From assembly GCA_963785305.1 (NCBI GenBank), contig CAWAUV010000007.1, forward strand, positions 320,001 to 384,000: a DNA stretch of 64,000 nt, written 5' to 3'. Below are positions 43,159 to 54,635 of the stretch, one piece after another. Both the position numbers and the translations under genes were made by a program. The stretch comes from an uncultured Planctomycetaceae bacterium (GTDB lineage: Bacteria > Planctomycetota > Planctomycetia > Pirellulales > PALSA-1355). A model generated the notes under the pieces. It was not told the DNA's origin. It saw nothing but the letters and a program-made list of their open reading frames with translations, and did no database searches. Every line of letters starts with the position of its first letter. The first letter of the stretch is position 1.

Positions 43159-46100
43159 ATGAACCGCTCGCAACGCACCGATCGAACGCCCGGAATGCGC
43201 TTCTTTCCGCTGCTCGGCGTGCTAACGGGCGTGCTCGGAGCGCTGCTCACGCTGCTCTATCTCGCGGCCCGACCCATGCGGCAGGCGCCGATTGCGGGAC
43301 CACCCGACCCGGCCGAGGCGGAGCTCGCCCGACAGACGGAAGAAGTCGCGAAATGGCGGCTCGCCTCGCTCAAGGTAGCTCGGGAAGAAAGCGCCGAGGA
43401 GCTGCGGCGGCTGCGTGGCGAAGTGAGCGAGCTCGAAGCGAAACTCCGCCGGCTGGCCACCGAACGCGAGCGGCTCACGTCGGCGCTTGCCCAAATGGAG
43501 TCGCTCGCCTCGACCTCGACGCAACAAGAAGAAAAGGCCGCCACTCAGCTTGCCGTCTTGCGCGAACAGATTGCGCTCGCCGAGCGACGCTTGGCCGACA
43601 AGCAGCAACAAACGAGTCAGCAAGCGAGCGCCTATTCGGTCGTGCCGTATTTGGGTCGCAATGGCACCAAGCGCCGGCCGATTTATATCGAATGCCGCGG
43701 CGATGAAGTCGTGATTCAGCCCGAAGGCATCGAGTTTCGTGACACCGATTTCAGCGGCCCGCTCGGACCGGGCAATCCGCTCGCCTCGGCCTTGCGCGTG
43801 GCGCGAGATCGCATTCTCGAGGAGCAGCGGGCCAGCGGCGCGGAGCCCGAGGAACCGTATCCCCTCTTGCTGGTGCGGCCCGACGGCGTGGGCGCCTATT
43901 ATTTGGCGCGGCTCGCGATGCAGAGCTGGGGCGCCGAGTTTGGCTACGAATTTATCGGCGAGGACTGGGCGATGGATTACCCGCAAGCCGACCCCACGCT
44001 CAAGGCCGCCGCCGAGCAGGCCGTGGCGGAAGCGCGCGTTCAGCAACAAACACTCGCCGCCGCGGCGCCGCGTCCTTATGGCGGCAAACCGAAGAAAGTA
44101 TTTCACGCCTCGCCCAATGGAGGCGTCGTGGCTGAATCGGCGCCACCCGACGCCGGCCACACCGGGCTCGGCGGCCAACGCAAACGTCGCAAAGCCGACG
44201 CCAGCCCCTATGCCGGCCTCGTGAGTAAACAGCCCGCCAATGGCGCGGCGGCCGCTTATGGCTCGGGCCCCCAGGGCGGCAATGGCTTTCCCTCGGGCGG
44301 CGGCGCTGGAGGGCAACCACCGTATAACTCGCTGGCGGGTGGACCCGGTGGAGGACCGAGCGGGAATGGCCTCGGTGGCAATGGACCGGGTGGCGCCGGC
44401 CCGAATGGCTTTGCGCGGAACGGCTCTGGACCAAATGGTTCCGGCCCAGGCGGCGGCGGACCGAATGGCGTCGGACCAGGCGGCGCTGGGCCAGGCGCCA
44501 ACGGCATCGGTGGAGGCGCTTCGGGCGCCAATGGGCTCGCCTCGAATACCATCGGCGGCGGACCTGGCTCGGGCTCAGGCGCCACTCCCGGCGGCCCGGG
44601 CGTCGGCGCACAACCCGGCGGAGTCAACGGCGGTTTGGGCACGGCCGCCACCCCCGACCCGAACATGTTGGCAAGCGCCGCGGGCGGATCCGCCACGACC
44701 GGCTTCGGCGCCGGCCCCGGTGGGCTCAGCCAAGGCGGCGCCTATGGCCAGGGCGGAGCGAATGGCCAGCAGAATGGAGCTTATGGACAACCCGGCGGCG
44801 CCGGCGGGCCATCCTCGGGCGCTTCCGGTCAAAGCACTCAGATTGGACAATCGTCGGCTTCGGGTCAAAACGGCGCGGGCGCCGGCGACACGGCAAGCGG
44901 CGGAAGCGCCACGGCTGGAGGCGATGCCTCCGGCGCCGGCGGCGATCTCGCATCGGCGGATACATCAACCGATGGTAGTCTCGGTGGCGGATCGATGAGC
45001 GGCGCCGGCGGCAGTCAAACCGGCGGAACGGGATCACAAGGCGTCGGCTCGACGAATTCCGCGGCAATGGCGCCGAGCGCCGGCCTGGGAACCGACCCCT
45101 CGAATTCAAACACCAACCCGTTTGCAAATCCATTCCCCACTCCGGGCGCCGGCGGAAGTCCGCTCGCGGCAAACAACGGCCCGGGCAATTATGGATCGCC
45201 CTCGGCCGGTGGACCCAACAGTCCCGGAGGCGCCAGCGGCGCGAGCGGTGGCGGACAATCGGGTAGCGTCATGCCCGGCGGGGGAGGTCTCGCCTCGGGC
45301 GCGCAGGCTGGTCAAAGCGGCGCGTATGGACCCTCGGGCGGCGCCGGAGCCGGCGGCGCCCCGACTTCGGGCGGCGCTGGAACGAGCGTCGGAGGCAGTG
45401 CGCCGAACCTGCCCGCTGGCGCACAGGCGGCCTCGGGCCTTTCGCCGCAAAGCAGCCCGGGAAACGGCTCGCAAAACAATCCTCAAACCAATCCGGCAGG
45501 CAGCCTAGCGACATCGCCGCCCGGCTCTTCGCTCGCCGCGCAGCCCGATCCGCGGGCTCAAACCGCCGCCGGAATGACCGCCGATGGTTCGCTCGCCTCG
45601 ACCGGGGCCTCGGGCGACGCGAGTCCCGGGACGATCGCCGCTTCGAATCCTGGCGGAGCGTCGAGCTCGGGCGCCACGAGCGGCGTGGTCAGCAGCGGCG
45701 CCGCCGGCCAACCGGCTGGCGTTAGTAGCGGCGCCGCGGGCAGCGGCAGCGCCACCGGGGCCCAGAGCGGTTCGAGCGGCGGGAGCTATGCCGGCGCCAA
45801 ATCCTCGGCCGGAAGTAATAAGGCCGGCGGCGGCGCGGCGGGCGCTGGACAATCGGGCAGCGGCCAAACCTCGCAGGTCAGCACCAGCGCCGGCGCCCGA
45901 TCTCTTTAGCCAAGGCGTCAACCCGGCGCGAAACAATCGTCCCTCGGCGCGATCTCGTCGGCCTACAACAACCCAGGCTCGGCCAGCACTCCGCAAAGCA
46001 ATTCGAGCCCGTCGAACAATTCGTCGGCGTCGAGCAGCGCCGCCGCGAGCGACAACGAGAGCAATTCACCGCAAAATTCGAGTTATTCGAGCAGCGGAGG

Positions 46101-46608
46101 CAGCCCCTCGGACCCGACGCAAATGGCCCAACAGCAGCCGCCGATTCCGAGCCCCACGTTTCAAAGCGGCGATCGAAAACAGCAAACCAAGAAGCGCGAA
46201 TACGATTGGGCGATGCCCGAGGAGGCCCGCTACTCCACGGCCATCGAGCGGCCGGTGGTGGTCGAGTGTCGCGAGGATCGGCTGCTCATCGCCTCGGACA
46301 ACACCACGACCCCGCCGCGTGAAGTGCCCTTTACCGGGACCACCGACGAAGCGGTCGATCCGTTTGTCGCCGCGATTTGGGATCAGACGAAAACCTGGGG
46401 CTACGCCGGCCGCGGTTTCTACTGGCGCCCGACCGTGTCGATGCAAGTGTCGCCGGGTGGAGAAAAACGGTTTCAGGAGCTGAAAGCGCAAATGGCCAAT
46501 AGCGGCATCGTGCTCACCGAACGCACGACGCCCGTGGTCGCGGCGGCGCCTCCGCCGGCCAAGAAGAAGCCACCCAAAAAATCCATCTTCGGTTGGTTCT
46601 ATAAATAA
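43159..46608 (+). CDS. membrane-anchored coiled-coil protein with a very long Gly/Ser/Asn-rich linker; probably one gene with shifts near 45895 and 46110
   Basis: N-terminal TM, coiled coil, RPIYIECR domain, GPNG/GPGG repeats, second RPVVVECR domain in ORF 46123..46608. Confidence 0.7.
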
Positions 46609-47612
46609 TGGTCAAGCCGCGCCGCGAACGAACTACAGTTGGTCTGCTGTTGCCCGCGATCGGCAATCTTGCCGGAGTGCTGGTGATCGTGGCGCTCGTG
46701 CTCGCCGCGCATGCGCGTTCGATGCCCGCGCCGTTGGAGCCGCCGCCCGAGGATTCGACCGCCGAGCTCGATGCCCAATTGGCCGCGATCGGCGACTTGG
46801 AAACCGAAATCGAGCGCGATCGCGAGCAAAGTCGCGGCCTCGCCGAGCTCGGCGGCAAGGAGCTTGCCGACCGGGCCGAACTCGAAGCGGCGGTGAAAGC
46901 CGCCGAAACCGCGCTGGCCACGCGCCGCGCCGCGCTCGACGAAGACACGCGCAAGCAGTTCGATCTCGCCCACGCGCTGACTCAAGCCAGGGCCGAGCTC
47001 GCCCGGCTCGACGCGCTGGAAATGAACTTAAAAGCCCCGCCTAAAAAAGTGGTCCAGGTGCAGAATTTTCCGACGCCGATCGGGAAGCAAGTCGACGGTC
47101 ATGAGTTGCATTTTCAACTCAAGCACAACCGCGTGAGCTATGTGCCGCTCGAGGAGCTGATCGAAAAATTCCGCGCGGTGGCTCAAAACCGCCTCTGGCG
47201 CCTCGAGGGCCAAGATGAGATGGTGGACACGATCGGCCCGCTCGACGGATTCAACTTGCGCTACACCGTGGAGCGCCAAGAAATGGACTGGGAGACGGCC
47301 AAGGCCTCGGGACGCCGCGGCGGCGGATCGCTGATCGTGGTCACGCACTTCGATCTGCTGCCGGTCAGTCAGGACCAAGGCGAAACGCTCCAGCAGGCGC
47401 TGAGCAACACCTCGCAATTTCGCGGAAGGCTCGATGGCCGCCGGCCCGAGGACTGGACCGTGACCCTGTGGGTGTATCCCGAAAGCTTCGAGGAGTTTCG
47501 CGCCATTCGCGCGGAGCTCTATCACCTGGGCTTCGCGATCGCCGGCCGGCCCCTGCCCGAGGGTATTCCCATCGGCGCGTCGCCCGGCGGCAGCAAATCG
47601 TCGGCCGAGTGA
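46608..47612 (+). CDS. membrane-anchored coiled-coil hypothetical protein
   Basis: TAATG stop/start coupling with the upstream gene; TM + coiled coil + TLWVYPESF domain. Confidence 0.8.
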   Translation: MVKPRRERTTVGLLLPAIGNLAGVLVIVALVLAAHARSMPAPLEPPPEDSTAELDAQLAAIGDLETEIERDREQSRGLAELGGKELADRAELEAAVKAAETALATRRAALDEDTRKQFDLAHALTQARAELARLDALEMNLKAPPKKVVQVQNFPTPIGKQVDGHELHFQLKHNRVSYVPLEELIEKFRAVAQNRLWRLEGQDEMVDTIGPLDGFNLRYTVERQEMDWETAKASGRRGGGSLIVVTHFDLLPVSQDQGETLQQALSNTSQFRGRLDGRRPEDWTVTLWVYPESFEEFRAIRAELYHLGFAIAGRPLPEGIPIGASPGGSKSSAE

Positions 47613-47800
47613 TCGCTCGGCCATGAGGGACGGCTCGGTCGCGGTCGCATGCCACGGCCGCGGCGGGAGCCCAAGCGGTTGCACTGTCGCGCGATCGAGC
47701 AATAATCGGGGCTTCTTTTTCCGTGGCGATTGCTCGCTTTCAACGGGGGCGGCGCGCGTCGAATGTTTGGACGAAAGCCCCGTTCACGCCAGTTTCTTCC

Positions 47801-49018
47801 ATGATATTCAACCGGTTTGCCTATTTCTTCTTGTTTCTCCTACCCGCCTCGATTCTGTTTCGGGTCGTGCCGGCGCGGTGGCGTCCTTGGGTTTGCACCG
47901 TGTCGGGTAGCGCCTTTTTCGTGTACTTCTCGGTCACCGAGTTGGCCGGATGGTGGGGCGCGGCCTGTCTCGCGATCTTCTTTTGGGAAGCGATGATCAG
48001 TCGTTTCTATTTCGCGGGCTCGCGGTGGTGTATTTTCGGCTCGCTGATTAGTCTGGCCGCGCTGGGTGTCTTCAAATATTGGAATTTCGCGATTGGCCTG
48101 GGGCGGCCACTGGGCGTTTATCCGTTGTATTGGCCGGGCAGTTTTTTGCCGCTCGGAATTTCTTTCTTCACGTTCGAGTTTATTCATTATGCGATGGATC
48201 GTTACCGAAATCGCACGGAGCGCGGCTCGCTTGCCGAGTATTTGGCGTTTATTTTCTTCTTTCCCACGATGGTGGCTGGCCCGATCAAGCGCTTTCAAGA
48301 TTTTCTTCCCTGCCTCCGGTCGCCCAGCCAGGATTGGCCCACGGACTGGAACCGCGGCTGGACGCGCATCCTGACCGGCTTGGCGAAGAAGTTCGTGCTC
48401 GCCGACACGCTCACTTCCTTGACCGATCATTTGAATACCACCGACATCGCCCAAGCCGAGCGGTGGGCGTTGCCAGTGTGGCTGCTTGCTTTCGGCTGGA
48501 AAATCTACTTCGATTTTTCGGCGTACTCGGACATCGCAATCGGCTCGGGCCGCTTATTCGGGCTGCAAATACCCGAGAATTTCAACTGGCCCTACTTCCG
48601 CCTGAACATCGCCTCGTTCTGGCAGCACTGGCATGTCTCGCTCTACCGCTGGCTGGTGGACTATCTGTTTATTCCGATGGGCGGATCTCGAGGCGGCCTG
48701 CTGGCGACCTGCCGCAACATCGTGATCATCATGCTGGTCAGCGGGCTGTGGCATGGCGCCGGCACGAACTTTCTCGTCTGGGGACTTTGGCACGGCCTCT
48801 TGCTGACGACCCATCGCCTCTGGACCGCCGGACGCGAGCACTTCGCGCGTCGCGAGCCGCCCGGAATCGCCGCGCGACGCGATACCGGGCGCCTAGCATG
48901 GCTCGGCAAATTGGCTGCTTGGCTGCTGACCTATGTGAGCGTAAACTTAGGATGGGCGTTCTTTATCATGGATCTCGATACCGCGATCTTCTTTTTTCGA
49001 CGCTTGCTGGTGGGATAA
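47801..49018 (+). CDS. MBOAT O-acyltransferase (AlgI/DltB family)
   Basis: LPLGISFFTF, AGPI, FDFSAYSD, FWQHWHVSL, GLWHG. Confidence 0.93.
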   Translation: MIFNRFAYFFLFLLPASILFRVVPARWRPWVCTVSGSAFFVYFSVTELAGWWGAACLAIFFWEAMISRFYFAGSRWCIFGSLISLAALGVFKYWNFAIGLGRPLGVYPLYWPGSFLPLGISFFTFEFIHYAMDRYRNRTERGSLAEYLAFIFFFPTMVAGPIKRFQDFLPCLRSPSQDWPTDWNRGWTRILTGLAKKFVLADTLTSLTDHLNTTDIAQAERWALPVWLLAFGWKIYFDFSAYSDIAIGSGRLFGLQIPENFNWPYFRLNIASFWQHWHVSLYRWLVDYLFIPMGGSRGGLLATCRNIVIIMLVSGLWHGAGTNFLVWGLWHGLLLTTHRLWTAGREHFARREPPGIAARRDTGRLAWLGKLAAWLLTYVSVNLGWAFFIMDLDTAIFFFRRLLVG

Positions 49019-49049
49019 AATCGCGTGAACACGCTCGGGAGAAGCAGAG

Positions 49050-49232
49050 ATGCGCTCCGTGGACTGGCTTAAACACGCCTTTGAATACCTAGGCGGTGAA
49101 CGCGACGCTCCTCCGCCGGGCTTTCCGCTCGACGGCGGCTCACCGCTCTGGGGCGTGTGGTGGGGAATTCTCGCCGGGCTGATTTGCCTGTTTTCAGGAC
49201 AAGGATCGAAGTTTATTTATATCGATTTTTGA
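49050..49232 (+). CDS. DltX-like small membrane acyl-shuttle peptide (60 aa)
   Basis: One TM helix, then C-terminal FIYIDF. Confidence 0.8.
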   Translation: MRSVDWLKHAFEYLGGERDAPPPGFPLDGGSPLWGVWWGILAGLICLFSGQGSKFIYIDF

Positions 49233-49320
49233 TTTTTGCTCCGACGTCGCGGGCGAGCTTCGCGATCGAATCTCCTCCGCGCCCGTCGGACCCTCCAAGG
49301 CTTTATTACCGCGCCCCGCC

Positions 49321-50391
49321 ATGAGCCACTCCGAGCGACGTCACTCCGCGGCTTCACGAACAACTCCGCCGGCCGATTCTCGCGCGTTCCAGGGCGGCGG
49401 CTTGACCAAGTCGCCGTGGCTGCAAGCCGCGATCTTCTTGGGGTGCCTCGTGACGATGAACGCGGGAATTCGCTATTTCGCGAGAAACACGGCTCCGCGC
49501 CAGGCGCTGCGAGCAATCGACCATTGCCACGGATGCACCGATGTTTTCATCGGCAACTCGACGTTGCACGATGCACTCAACCTCGCGGTCTACGAAGCCG
49601 CCGCGCCGGGCCGTAAAGCGGTCGACGCGACGCTTTGCGGCTCGACTCCACTCGAGCATTTCCTGTTGTTACGATGCGCCGCGGAGCACTGCCGCCCCAA
49701 AAGAATCTTTGTCGGCTTCGATGAAACCAGCGCCACCGATCCACCAACGGGCGGCTGGAGCGTGATGCATGACTCGCGCGCCATGGCCTGCTACACCGAC
49801 CGTGAATTGGCGCTGCCCTACTATGCCGCCGATGATCCAATCGCCGCCTGGCAAGTGCGGCTCGCGTCGCTGGCCCCAATGGTATACGACCGCTTTCGAG
49901 TCTGGCAGCAGCTAGTTTTCTTCCGGGAGCGATTGAGCCGGATTGGTTTGGTTCCGCGGCCGCGGAAGCCGTTTTATGAAAACCCACCGGCCGCCAACGA
50001 ACCGGAGCTCCGCGAGGCGATCGAGGCTCGGTATCGCCATGTGCTTGACTCGCGAATCGGATTGAGTGCTCCAGTGCGAGACATGTTCGCGGCGGCCGAT
50101 CGAGTCGCCGCGCGCTTGATCTTCGTGCGAGTCGCGGAGTCGGATGTTCATCGGCGAATCTATAATACGCCGAGCGCCGCGGAATATTTGCGCTATGTCA
50201 CATCGCTTCTCGAAGCCAGGGGCGCGATTTGCATTTACGCGCAGCACTGGTTCAAGGACAACGAATTCAACGACTGGATTCACGTGAATCGCGAGGCAGC
50301 CGCCGAGTTTTCGCGACGGCTGGCGACAACGCCTCTCGAAACGCCCTCGACAGAATCGAAGTCTTCCGATGCGAGCATCCGCGCGAAATAG
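49321..50391 (+). CDS. DltD/AlgJ-like SGNH-type acyltransferase
   Basis: N-terminal TM, FIGNS (block I), DWIHVN (DxxH). Confidence 0.7.
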   Translation: MSHSERRHSAASRTTPPADSRAFQGGGLTKSPWLQAAIFLGCLVTMNAGIRYFARNTAPRQALRAIDHCHGCTDVFIGNSTLHDALNLAVYEAAAPGRKAVDATLCGSTPLEHFLLLRCAAEHCRPKRIFVGFDETSATDPPTGGWSVMHDSRAMACYTDRELALPYYAADDPIAAWQVRLASLAPMVYDRFRVWQQLVFFRERLSRIGLVPRPRKPFYENPPAANEPELREAIEARYRHVLDSRIGLSAPVRDMFAAADRVAARLIFVRVAESDVHRRIYNTPSAAEYLRYVTSLLEARGAICIYAQHWFKDNEFNDWIHVNREAAAEFSRRLATTPLETPSTESKSSDASIRAK

Positions 50392-50401
50392 AGTCAATGA
50401 C

Positions 50402-51852
50402 TCATGTCCCCGCGTTCGTCGCCGTCGCCGCGATGATGCCTGCTTCGGCGGCCAGGCAGATGCGGTCGATCTCTTCCAGCGTCGCCGACAGGGGTGGCAT
50501 CAGCACCACCACATTGCCCAGCGGCCGCAGTAGCGCTCCTTGGGCGCGAGCCACGCGGCAAGCGCGCATCCCGCGCTGCTCGGCCCAAGGATACGGCGTT
50601 TGTTGCTCGCGATCGCTCATCAATTCGATCGCGCCGATCAGCCCGCGCTGGCGCGTGTCGCCCACATGCTCCAGGCGCCCGATGCGGCTTAAGTGCGTCG
50701 CCAGCCGCGCTGCTTTCGCCGGCAAACGCGCGAGCGTGCGTTCTTCATCGAACACATCGAGCGAAGCGAGTGCCGCGGCCGAGGCGAGCGGATTGCCGCC
50801 ATAGGTGTGACCATGGAAAAAGGTCTTCGATTCGGCGAAGGCGCCCAAGAAGGCCCGCCAGATTTCGTTCGTCGCCAGGGTCGCGGCCAGCGGCAGATAA
50901 CCGCCGGTGAGTCCCTTGGCCAGGGCCAGCAGATCGGGCGACACGCCCTCTTGCTCGCAAGCGAATAGTGTGCCCGTGCGGCCGAAGCCCACCGCCACCT
51001 CGTCGGCGATGAGCAGCACATCATGGCGGCGAGTGAGCTCGCGCGCGCCGGCCAGATAGCCTTCGGGGTGCATCACCATGCCGGCCGCGGCTTGCACCAG
51101 CGGCTCGACGACCAGGGCGGCGATCTCGGAATGATGCTCCGCGAGAATCGCCTCGAGGCGGTCGAGATAATACGCCAGCGCGCGCGAGCGATCGACGCCC
51201 GGCGGCAGGCGAACCATGTCGGGCGCGGCGCTCTGAACGCCGGAAACAACAGCGGCTCGAACATCGCATGAAACCGCTCGACCCCGCCCACGCTCACCGC
51301 CCCGAGCGTGTCGCCATGATAGGCGCTCGCCAGCGCCACGAAGCGAGTCTTGGCCGGCCTCGGGTCGGGGCGCTGGCGCCAATATTGAAAGGCCATCTTG
51401 AGCGCCACTTCCACCGCGGTGGCGCCACTGTCGGAGAAGAACACATGGTCGAGACCCGGCGGCGCGAGATCGACCAGTCGCTTGGCGAGGCGAATCGTGG
51501 TGGGGTTCGAAGCGCCGAGCAGCGTGCTATGGGCCACGCGGTCGAGCTGCTCGCGAATGGCGGCGTCGATCCGCGGGTGGCGATGGCCATGGATATTGCA
51601 CCACAAGCTGCTCACGCCATCGAGATATTCGCGCCCCTCGATGTCGACGAGCGTCGTGCCCTGGGCTCGCTCGATGATCAGCGGCTCGTATTCGGCCATT
51701 TGGGTGAAGGCATGCCACACGATCTCGCGATCCCAGGCTCGCAAGCGGTCGAGCTCGTCGGCCGTGCGCCGAGCGGAGTCCGGGAGTTCAGTTGGCGACC
51801 GCCGGGCAGTCGCCAATGGATCAGGCGCATCGGAGGGAGTGCGAGGAGGCAT
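50402..51852 (-). CDS. bioA: adenosylmethionine-8-amino-7-oxononanoate aminotransferase; frameshift near 51230
   Basis: WHAFTQM, DGVSSLW, YHGDT, ADEVAVGFGRTG, AKGLTGGY, HGHTY. Confidence 0.92.
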
Positions 51853-51982
51853 GCGAAACCGAAAAAAGATTCAAGGGCAAGGGCGCGAACTCGGAAGGCG
51901 ACGGCGGCCCAATAGCGATGCGACGCCGGCTGGCGATTTCGGCGCCTCGGCTCCCGCGATCCGTGAAGCGGCGACGGCGAAA

Positions 51983-52910
51983 TCAACCGCCGCGGCGGGC
52001 TTGCTCGAAGGCATCGACCCATTCGCGGAATTTGCGGGCGATCTCGGCCACCGCCAAGTTGCGCGTGATCCTGCCGGCCCGCAGCGAGATGATCGGCTCC
52101 AGAAACGTCGAGCGACCGACCGCGAAACCGATGAAACCGGGAACCGACGCGCCGACATTCAGCCACTCGATGACTTTCTTCTCGTCTTCGCCGCGGCCGA
52201 GAATAATGCAACCGACTTGCGCGATTCGGGCCGCCCAATGTATGGCGCCGGGCGGCCTGGGCAACTCGCTCGCAGTCCTCGCGTCGATCGAGCCCTTCGA
52301 CTTTCCATACATCGGGCTCGACTCCGGCGGATTGAAAGGCGTGGATCGTGTCGACCATCAGGCCCGGCCGCACCTCGAGATCATAGACTTTTTTATCGCC
52401 GCCGACGGCATCGAGCTGCGCCTTTTCGGCCGGAACCAGCAGCTCGAACATCAGCATCCGGTTCCGCTGTTTGAGATAATCGTTGAGTTGCTTGAGCCGG
52501 GCCGTTTGACGCGAGTTCATCTCGGCGTCGCCTCGCGGATTGTATCGCACGAGCACTTTGGTGAAGGTGGGATCGAAATCCTCGATGTGCCCCGCGAAGT
52601 CGGGATATTCGAAGTCGTATTCATGCTGACCGCTCTTTTCGGTCGGCATGCAGACCAGGTAACCCTGCTTGTGGGCATCTCGCAAGATATCGGCGCCGAA
52701 TTCCTCGTCGACCAGAATCGCGCTCTGATCCTTGCGCACGCCCTCGGCCACGGCCAACTGATAGCCCTCGTAAATCACTTGCTTGCTCTGGGCCACGATC
52801 GAAATCTGGTCGCGATTCATCGGCTCATGAAAGCCGAATACATCGGCGCCGTAGGAATGGCGATGGTCGAACGGAAGCACATAGAGCGAGTTATCGTATC
52901 CGAGAACCAT
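51983..52910 (-). CDS. DUF2090 / IolC C-terminal-like aldolase-fold protein; frameshift near 52240
   Basis: LPFDHR, EKSG, KVLVRYNP, FELLVP, PDVWK, IILGRG, GFAVGR. Confidence 0.85.
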
Positions 52911-52984
52911 GATGCGGCTCCTCGATTCTATTTGTCTATTCGCGGTGTTCGAGTGGGGGGACTGGCCTCGCGCAACAGGCGCCG

Positions 52985-54622
52985 TCAGCCCGACTTGTTC
53001 TTATTGTAGCGCTCGATCAAGGCCGTGGTCGAACTATCGTGGTGCGATTGCTTTCGCACGCCGCCCTCCTCGAGTTCGGGCACGATGCGAGTCGCGAGCG
53101 CCTTGCCAAGCTCGACACCCCACTGGTCGAACGAATTGATATGCCAGATCGTGCCCTGGACAAAGACTTTGTGCTCATAGAGCGCCACCAGCTTGCCGAG
53201 CGCCGCGGGAGTGAGCCGCTCCAGCAGAAGCGTGTTCGTGGGATGGTTGCCGGGAAAGGTGCGATGCGGAATCTGAAAGTCGGCCACTCCGTCGGCCTTC
53301 ACTTCCGCGGCGGTCTTGCCAAAGGCCAGGGCCTCGGTTTGGGCGAAGAAATTGGCCATGAGCAGATCGTGATGGTTGCCCAACGGATTGAGGGTTTGCA
53401 TGAAGCCCAGAAAATCGCAGGGAATCAGCTTCGTGCCTTGATGGATAAGCTGGTAGTAGGCGTGTTGCCCGTTGGTGCCGGGAGTGCCCCACACGATCGG
53501 GCCGGTTTGGTAATCGACCCGCTTGCCATCGAGATTCACGCTTTTGCCGTTGCTCTCCATGTCGAGCTGCTGCAAATAGGCGCTGAACCGGCCGAGATAA
53601 TGGTCGTAGGGCAACACGGCGAGCGTTTGGGCATCGAAGAAGTCGTTGTACCAGAGGCCGATCAGGGCCAAGAGCACCGGCAAATTCTTCTCCAACGGGG
53701 CCGAGCGAAAATGTTGATCCATGGCGTGAAAACCGCCGAGCATTTCGCGAAAATTGTCGGGCCCGATCGCGATCATCAGCGAGAGTCCGATCGCCGAGTC
53801 GAACGAATAGCGCCCGCCGACCCAATCCCAGAAGCCGAACATGTTGGCGGTGTCGATGCCGAACTTCGCCACCTCCTTGGCATTGGTCGACACCGCGACA
53901 AAGTGCTTGGCCACGGCCGATTCCTCGACCAGCGTGTCGAGCAACCACTGTCGAGCCGAATGCGCGTTGGTCAGGGTTTCAATCGTGGTGAAGGTCTTCG
54001 ACGAAATCACGAACAGCGTTTCGGCCGGATCGAGATCACGCGTCGCCTCGACCAGGTCCGTGCCGTCGACATTCGACACGAAGCGGCAGGCGAGGTCGCG
54101 CTGGCTGTAGTGGCGCAGGGCTTCGTAGGCCATGACCGGGCCCAGGTCCGAGCCGCCGATGCCGATATTCACGATCGTGCGAATGCGCTTGCCGGTGGCG
54201 CCGCGCCAGTCGCCGTTGCGCACTCGATTCGAAAACTCGGCCATGCGATCGAGCACCGCATGCACCTCGGGCACGACATTCACGCCATCGACCAGAATCG
54301 TGGCGTCTCGCGGCGCGCGGAGCGCCGTATGGAGCACGGCCCGCTTTTCCGTGATATTGATTTTGTCGCCGGTGAACATCTGCACGATGCGATCCTTGAG
54401 CCGCGCCGACTCGGCCAAGGCCACCAGCAGCTTGAGTGTTTCGTCGGTGACGCGGTTCTTCGAATAATCGAGATACACGCCCACGGCGTCGAGCGCGAGC
54501 CGCTTGCCGCGCTCCGGGTCGTCGGCGAACAGGTCGCGCAGGCTCGCGTCTTTCAACTTCTCATGATGCGCGGCGAGCGCTTTCCACGCGGGAGTTTCGA
54601 TCAAGGGTGTTGGTTCAGACAT
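52985..54622 (-). CDS. pgi: glucose-6-phosphate isomerase
   Basis: [32 protein letters not shown]. Confidence 0.97.
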   Translation of the reverse strand: MSEPTPLIETPAWKALAAHHEKLKDASLRDLFADDPERGKRLALDAVGVYLDYSKNRVTDETLKLLVALAESARLKDRIVQMFTGDKINITEKRAVLHTALRAPRDATILVDGVNVVPEVHAVLDRMAEFSNRVRNGDWRGATGKRIRTIVNIGIGGSDLGPVMAYEALRHYSQRDLACRFVSNVDGTDLVEATRDLDPAETLFVISSKTFTTIETLTNAHSARQWLLDTLVEESAVAKHFVAVSTNAKEVAKFGIDTANMFGFWDWVGGRYSFDSAIGLSLMIAIGPDNFREMLGGFHAMDQHFRSAPLEKNLPVLLALIGLWYNDFFDAQTLAVLPYDHYLGRFSAYLQQLDMESNGKSVNLDGKRVDYQTGPIVWGTPGTNGQHAYYQLIHQGTKLIPCDFLGFMQTLNPLGNHHDLLMANFFAQTEALAFGKTAAEVKADGVADFQIPHRTFPGNHPTNTLLLERLTPAALGKLVALYEHKVFVQGTIWHINSFDQWGVELGKALATRIVPELEEGGVRKQSHHDSSTTALIERYNKNKSG

Positions 54623-54635
54623 CCGGCAAGCTCCT

